Below are positions 58,536 through 64,000 of a DNA stretch of 64,000 nt, piece after piece (positions within the stretch are counted from its first letter, which is position 1; every line of letters begins with the position of its first letter). The stretch covers positions 1 to 64,000 of the forward strand of contig JANNWY010000141.1 in NCBI GenBank assembly GCA_031409335.1, written 5' to 3'. This DNA comes from Chthoniobacteraceae bacterium. GTDB taxonomy: Bacteria; Verrucomicrobiota; Verrucomicrobiia; Chthoniobacterales; Chthoniobacteraceae. The position numbers were made by a program, and so were the translations under genes. The notes under the pieces are model-generated. The model did no database searches. It had not been told where the DNA came from and saw nothing but the letters and a program-made list of their open reading frames with translations.

Positions 58536-61001
58536 CTAAGGCAAGCTGACCTGCACGCGGTAGAAGTTGGTCGCGCCGGACGTAGCCAGATTTGCGTTGT
58601 AGGTCATCGTTCCGCCAGTGCCGCTCAGCAACCCGTTCGCCGCGATCCATGAACCCGTCGCGAGCGATGAACGCGCGAAGACTTGGTAGTTGCGGCCCGT
58701 CCTTGATGGCCAACTGACGGTAACCTGGCTGCCGCTGCGCGTGATGTTCGGACGCAGGATGCTTGACGGATTGCGCGGATCGGTAAGTGCGACATATTCG
58801 CCGGAGTTCGTACTCCCATCGCCATCGGGATCGAGTTGTGGTCCGATGGGATCGTTGGCAAGAACCACGCCCCAACGATCGACAGTCCACTGGGAATAGG
58901 CAGCGCTGACAACGTGAAGGGTCTGCGCGGGACTCGACGCGACGGCTTGCGCGGAACTGCCGCCGGTCGGAACCAAATAGACGCGAGCGGTGTGGGCGCC
59001 CGCGACGGCGAGCGGCTGGGAAATTGTCATATCGATATTCTCGCTGCCCGCTGAAACGGGCTGCACCGCAGTGGATAGCAGAGTGCCAGAAGGACTGGAA
59101 AGCTCGAGCCTGAGATCCTGTGCAACGATGGTGGAGTATGCCACCGCGAAGCGAAACACTTCGCCACTCGGAACCACGGCTGGCTCGATCGCGAGCGCCA
59201 CGGAATTCGCCGCGGGTGCAGGCGCGATTAGGATCGGTCGCTCGCTGGTTTGCGCGAGCACAGCCGGATTCGTGAGCGTGCCTCGCAGGCTGTAAGCGCC
59301 CGCGGGATTTCCGACTGACTGGGTGACAATGATGTCCAGCAAACCGGATCCGCGCTTAACGCTGGCAGTGCCGCTGCCGCGAGGAACGCCGCTTGAATTC
59401 AAGAGCGTTACGCCAATCGTTGCGTTACCAGCGGCGACATATTGGACGCGAGTTGCAAAGGCAGCGGTGGAAGGGGTGGAGAGCGGTCCAGATACGATGT
59501 TGAGGAATGGAGAGACCGCCCGGGCCACCGGGTCCGGACCCGTGTAGCGAGTCAGAGCGTTAAGGTGATTGCCGCCGGTGGGTGTCAGGAAAATACTCCA
59601 GCGGTATGCGCTGCCGTCGATGAGGGATTGGTTGAGCGGGAAAGATACCGGGACCGTGCTCGTCTCCGCGCCGACGGGGATGCGGGTGCCGCCTTTGAAG
59701 TTAAAGTTCTGATCGAGTAAATCGACTTCGAGGTCACATGCACTCTGTGCCTTGACGTTCAGGGTCATGGCCACATTTCCACTCAGCGGCAGGATGGCTG
59801 GGATTTCGGTGGCGACGATATTGTTGGCATTCTGCGTGGCACCGAATTCCTGCGCGGTAAGGAAGTATGGCTGCCCACCGCGGAGGGTGCGCAGGGAACT
59901 GACAAACGCATTCCGCACGAGGGGATTTGCGGACGCGCGCCAGTCCACGAGTTGATTCTGGGCTTCAGCCTCCCGTTTATAGTGATCGAACCAGTTGATG
60001 CATTTCATCTTTGGAAACGAGGTTGCAACGTCGGGCCCGTCGCCGCTCGCCCCGGAGATGTTGTAAAGCTGGCGAAACCATGCCTGTTTCATCGCCAGTT
60101 CATTGGCACCCGGTTGCTCCATGTTATAGAAGGCGGATGTTTCGGCGATGACGAGAGGTTTGTTGTGAATGCCATCGGAGCAGTAACGCGGGTAAAACCA
60201 GCGGGAATAGTTCGCGGGTATTCCGGGGTCGGCAGCGTTCATGACGCTCGCAAATTCTCCGGGATACGGCGGCTCATTCTCAAGCCAGGGATAGTTGATA
60301 CCCCAATGGTAAATGGACAAACCGACCCAATCGACCGCCGTATCTCCGGGATAGAACGGCCCGAACATATCGTCGGCCTGACTTAGCGTACCGTCGTTGT
60401 TCGTGTCGAGTTCCAAAAAATTGGGCGAGCCCGCCGCTGCCGAGTAAGCACCGGTCCCAAATGGGTAACCGATGCCGTTGTTTGGTGTCCAAACCATCGC
60501 GGTGCGAATCGTCCTGGAATGCACTGAACCGGCCATGAGCTGAAACTTTTGACGGTAAAGGGCGGGCTGCTGGCACCAGGCGTACCAATTGCCGTTCATC
60601 TCGTGCGCGAAGCGGACCATGATGCCGCCGATGCCTTGCGATTCCTTTTGCGCGCATAGATTGGCGAAGTCGTCGCAGTTGGCAGAGCTGACGGCTGCCA
60701 GACCGTTGAAGGGTTCCAATGTGATCATCGCGATGCCGCCGCTGGCACGCACTTGATCCAAAAAGTCCGACACGTTTTGGCGGGCTGCGGCATCCAGGGG
60801 AAATGAATAAAAGCGGGAGACGACGGCGGGAGTCAACCCGAGTCTGGCACTCAAGGCGGCAAACGAATCCTGATCGTCCGCGAGGATTCCGATGTAACAA
60901 CCACTGGCGGGCTCGAGCCGCTCCAATGCCTTGCTCGATGGCACCAAAAAGAGCAGAGCCGCGAGCAATCTCGATATCGGGCCAAACACTGAACGTCTCA
61001 T
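58536..61001 (-). CDS. Secreted GH26-family glycoside hydrolase with C-terminal Ig-like domains
   Basis: ITLEP, RFAHEMNGNWYAW, MVWTPN, YPGDTAVDWVGLSIY, KPLVIAET, INWF. Confidence 0.88.
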   Translation of the reverse strand: MRRSVFGPISRLLAALLFLVPSSKALERLEPASGCYIGILADDQDSFAALSARLGLTPAVVSRFYSFPLDAAARQNVSDFLDQVRASGGIAMITLEPFNGLAAVSSANCDDFANLCAQKESQGIGGIMVRFAHEMNGNWYAWCQQPALYRQKFQLMAGSVHSRTIRTAMVWTPNNGIGYPFGTGAYSAAAGSPNFLELDTNNDGTLSQADDMFGPFYPGDTAVDWVGLSIYHWGINYPWLENEPPYPGEFASVMNAADPGIPANYSRWFYPRYCSDGIHNKPLVIAETSAFYNMEQPGANELAMKQAWFRQLYNISGASGDGPDVATSFPKMKCINWFDHYKREAEAQNQLVDWRASANPLVRNAFVSSLRTLRGGQPYFLTAQEFGATQNANNIVATEIPAILPLSGNVAMTLNVKAQSACDLEVDLLDQNFNFKGGTRIPVGAETSTVPVSFPLNQSLIDGSAYRWSIFLTPTGGNHLNALTRYTGPDPVARAVSPFLNIVSGPLSTPSTAAFATRVQYVAAGNATIGVTLLNSSGVPRGSGTASVKRGSGLLDIIVTQSVGNPAGAYSLRGTLTNPAVLAQTSERPILIAPAPAANSVALAIEPAVVPSGEVFRFAVAYSTIVAQDLRLELSSPSGTLLSTAVQPVSAGSENIDMTISQPLAVAGAHTARVYLVPTGGSSAQAVASSPAQTLHVVSAAYSQWTVDRWGVVLANDPIGPQLDPDGDGSTNSGEYVALTDPRNPSSILRPNITRSGSQVTVSWPSRTGRNYQVFARSSLATGSWIAANGLLSGTGGTMTYNANLATSGATNFYRVQVSLP

Positions 61002-63157
61002 CTGGCCTCGGCGAGCGGATACATGCGAACTCCGGCACGAATATATTCCCAGCCGGCGCTCAGCTCACTCTTTGCCTTGGCATCCCATTGGCGCGGCTGG
61101 CAATAGAGTTCGGCGATCATACGACGGTAGAGAGGGAGCGGCAGCTCGGGCAACGCCAGGTGAATCTGGCCGTCGTGGGTGTCGGCCAGAATGCGCACGG
61201 GGAGGCCGTCAAACCCGAGTTCGGGAATGGAAAGCAGGGCGTGATTTGGGAATGCACAGTAGGTTTCAAAGCGCGGGATCAGAATCTCATCTTCGGAGAT
61301 AGCAGAAGTGGAGCCACTCGCGCGACCGGTTTCCCATTTGAGATCGAAGGTCAGCAATTTCGGAAAGCGGCGGAAGCGCGTGGTGTGAGTCACATCCATC
61401 GAGACGAGGGTGCAGACCCAGAGGATGCTCATATTGGACAAAGTGAAAAACAGCACGATCCAGAACGCGTCCCGCTGTTCGAGATGCCGGTTGGCGGCAA
61501 CGGCGCACACAATTCCGATTACGTGAAGAACCAGAAGGAAAATGAACGGAGCGGCAATGGTCCAATTTACTGAAACGCGATCGGTGCGATGGGCTTTGTT
61601 GGTCACGCGGAAACCGGCTCCAAACGGGTTGAAGATGCTCTTGAGAACGGTGAGACCCATGGTCGGCGCGAGGAAGGCATCGTAGAGCTCGGACCAGAAG
61701 GCGGAACGCATTCGATGGGTCAGCCATGAATACAGGAAATAGTAACCAATGGTGAATGGCATCCGATAGAAGATCATCTCGTACACCGTCATGTTCATCA
61801 CGAGCACTCCGCCGAAGAGGAAGAACAGGGGCAGAATCAGGGTTAGAAAATTGCAGATGCTCCCGAGGTAGTAGAGAATGGAGGCCATGTGCAGCGCGCG
61901 CTGCTTCCACTCGAGGCCACGAATGCGGAGCGGGTGCGTGCTGGCGAACATTCCCTGCAACGTTCCCTGCGCCCACCGGGCGCGCTGCTGGACGAACTCC
62001 CCACACGTGTCGGCGGCCATGCCCGCCGACAAGGCTTCGTTTAGGTAGTAGAGCTTGAAACCGGCGGCCTGCATTTTGATCGACGTGGCCCAGTCTTCGG
62101 TGATCGTTTCAGTGGGAATTCCGCCGATGGCTTCGATCGCGGATCGTCGGGCGATGAAACAACTGCCGTGGCAGACGATGGCGTTGGCCGCGTCGCGGGC
62201 GGGCTGGAGGGTGCGGAAGAAGAGCTTCTGTTCGTCTTCGAGCGCATGTTCGAGGCCGAGGTTTCGCGTGACGGCGTCGTCGTTGTAGAAGTTCTGCGGC
62301 GTTTGCACCATGGCCACCTCCGGGTCTTGGAAGAAGCCCGCGGTGCGTGCGATGAAATCCTTTGTCGGGATGAAGTCCGCATCGAAAAAGACGATGAGTT
62401 CTCCGGTGCTGTGTTCGAGGGCGTGGTTGAGATTGCCCGCTTTCGCGTCGCGGTTGTCGGGCCGGTCCAGGTAGCGGCATCCGAGTTCCTCCGCGAGCAA
62501 GTGCATCTGCGGACGGCGCATGTCGTCGAGCAGCCAGATGGTCATGTTCGGATAGTCCATCGCCTGGCAGCCGACGATGCTGCGGCGGAGGAGTTCGACA
62601 GGCTCGGAATAGGTGGGGAGATAGACATCGACGCTTGGAAGATATTCGCCAGCCTGAATGGCGCGTTCCGACTCGTCCGCTTCACGGGAGCGATCGGTGA
62701 CCCGCAGCATGGAAAAATTACCGATCGCGATGCGGGCGTGGATGACTAGCTCCGAAAGGAAAAAGGCGATGCAGACGATGGCATTGGCCAGCGTGTCGAA
62801 GTTCAATGTCCAAGTTAGTCGGAAGACTAGATAGCAGACTTGGAAAATCAAAAAAATGGTGGCGACCGGGAGGCGTATCCAGTTTGGGGGACGGTCCCAA
62901 AGCAATTGAAGGACGAGAGCCAGCACACCCATGAACGCGGTCGGCAGGCAGGCGATCAGGAGGGGCGAATGCTCGGTGACATTCCAGAGATTTCGATGCG
63001 CCCATGTGTAAAAAGTGGCCCAACTTCGCAAGGAGAGATCCCATGCAGCGTCCGGCCAGCAGCCGAGGACGACTACTGCTGCTGCGAGAACGGTGATGAA
63101 AAGCGTCCACTCCCAAGGAAAGACCTGAGGTCTTTCGGCGGCGACCGCGCGCTTCAT
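60998..63157 (-). CDS. Processive GT2 polysaccharide synthase (BcsA/CesA-like) with degenerate PilZ-like C-terminus
   Basis: PTYSE, LDD, KAGNLN, DADF, QTPQ, TED, QRARW; TM helices on both sides. Confidence 0.92.
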   Translation of the reverse strand: MKRAVAAERPQVFPWEWTLFITVLAAAVVVLGCWPDAAWDLSLRSWATFYTWAHRNLWNVTEHSPLLIACLPTAFMGVLALVLQLLWDRPPNWIRLPVATIFLIFQVCYLVFRLTWTLNFDTLANAIVCIAFFLSELVIHARIAIGNFSMLRVTDRSREADESERAIQAGEYLPSVDVYLPTYSEPVELLRRSIVGCQAMDYPNMTIWLLDDMRRPQMHLLAEELGCRYLDRPDNRDAKAGNLNHALEHSTGELIVFFDADFIPTKDFIARTAGFFQDPEVAMVQTPQNFYNDDAVTRNLGLEHALEDEQKLFFRTLQPARDAANAIVCHGSCFIARRSAIEAIGGIPTETITEDWATSIKMQAAGFKLYYLNEALSAGMAADTCGEFVQQRARWAQGTLQGMFASTHPLRIRGLEWKQRALHMASILYYLGSICNFLTLILPLFFLFGGVLVMNMTVYEMIFYRMPFTIGYYFLYSWLTHRMRSAFWSELYDAFLAPTMGLTVLKSIFNPFGAGFRVTNKAHRTDRVSVNWTIAAPFIFLLVLHVIGIVCAVAANRHLEQRDAFWIVLFFTLSNMSILWVCTLVSMDVTHTTRFRRFPKLLTFDLKWETGRASGSTSAISEDEILIPRFETYCAFPNHALLSIPELGFDGLPVRILADTHDGQIHLALPELPLPLYRRMIAELYCQPRQWDAKAKSELSAGWEYIRAGVRMYPLAEAR

Positions 63158-64000
63158 TGCTTCGGCAATTCGAGTGCGACGCTTCGTCCGACGCCAAAGA
63201 ACTCCGACGCAGGAAATGGATTCTCGGATTCCAGCCGCACGCGCAGGGCGATGCGGCGCTGGGCAAATTCGCCCGGGGCGACCGCGCCGGAATTGCCGAC
63301 GGGGACACGACCGACTCCCGCACGGACCGATTCGACGCGACCTTGCAGCACGCGCTGATCGTCAAGCAGACGCACGGTCACCTGCATTCCCACACGGAAT
63401 TTTCCCGCATGCCTTTCGGGCAAATAGGCATCGACCCGCACGTTTTTGGCTTCGATGAGTTGAAGCGTTGTTTCATGTGGCTGGACGAATGCGCCGTCCT
63501 GCACGGGTGCCGCCCACACGACACCGTCGAAGGGAGCCGGCACCGTCATCGACTGAAGAACCGACGCTTGCTTTTCGAGAGCCGCCCGCCGTTTTTCGGC
63601 AAGTTCGAGTTGCTCCCGGCGCTTTGCCGCGCTCGAGCGTGCCGAGGTCACTTTCACCTCTTCCTCCATGAATTGCACCTGCGACATCAGCTTCTCGCGA
63701 TTCATCACCGCGGCGCGCTGGTAGATTTGTTCGATCTTTGGCAAACGGGCGTCGGCTTCTTCGCATTCCGCGCGCAGCCGTTCGATCGTTTCCTGCATGC
63801 GGTTCAATTCGGACGCCATCGGTGTGTTGGCGAATTGGGTATTGTCGATTTGAAGCAGCGTGGTGCCAGCATCGACGACCGCTCCGGGCGCGACATTCGT
63901 CATCCGCAATGCCCCTGCGATCGGCGCGCGCAGCGGTGTTATTTCCGCGTTGATGTAAGCCTGGTCGCTCACCACCACGGTCGCGGCCCGCCAGCCGAGA
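63154..64000 (-). CDS. HlyD-family membrane fusion protein (5' end beyond the window)
   Basis: Lipoyl-like halves LRAPIAG and VPAPFDGVV around a coiled coil; frame open to the right edge; ATGA overlap with the GT2 gene. Confidence 0.88.
   Translation of the reverse strand, partial: LGWRAATVVVSDQAYINAEITPLRAPIAGALRMTNVAPGAVVDAGTTLLQIDNTQFANTPMASELNRMQETIERLRAECEEADARLPKIEQIYQRAAVMNREKLMSQVQFMEEEVKVTSARSSAAKRREQLELAEKRRAALEKQASVLQSMTVPAPFDGVVWAAPVQDGAFVQPHETTLQLIEAKNVRVDAYLPERHAGKFRVGMQVTVRLLDDQRVLQGRVESVRAGVGRVPVGNSGAVAPGEFAQRRIALRVRLESENPFPASEFFGVGRSVALELPKQ

Noticed and set aside
58434..58652. ORF with EQDHEQDHEQ repeats, or a CRISPR-like array
   Set aside because: It is a translation of the MITE hexamers; no spacers or cas genes.

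Overview
GC-rich bacterial chromosomal window. Gene content points to Verrucomicrobia, probably Chthoniobacterales-like (inferred from PEP-CTERM beta-strand-repeat proteins, lamin-tail/CotH proteins, an ECF sigma with a Ser/Thr kinase, and a GntR/LacI-type regulator). Housekeeping genes are fdhF, lptCAB-hpf, glcD/glcF, an MDR reductase, a CDF transporter, hpt and a sugar isomerase, interleaved with many secreted or surface proteins. Most notable structure: (1) an OLD-like ATPase-TOPRIM gene bracketed by a synonymously diverged partial duplicate of fdhF; (2) a 34-bp ECF-type promoter present twice near an ECF sigma/kinase pair; (3) a tandem duplication of PEP-CTERM cassettes with an identifiable GGGAG junction, conserved ends, different middles and a G5 frameshift; (4) a coupled HlyD-GT2-GH26 polysaccharide operon; (5) a 51-aa peptide resembling the N-terminus of the neighbouring BNR propeller protein; (6) a MITE, GTAG-type REPs, a TA-like gene pair and a G4 motif. 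No rRNA, tRNA or CRISPR array was recognised. All calls come from reading motifs by eye; no database searches were run.
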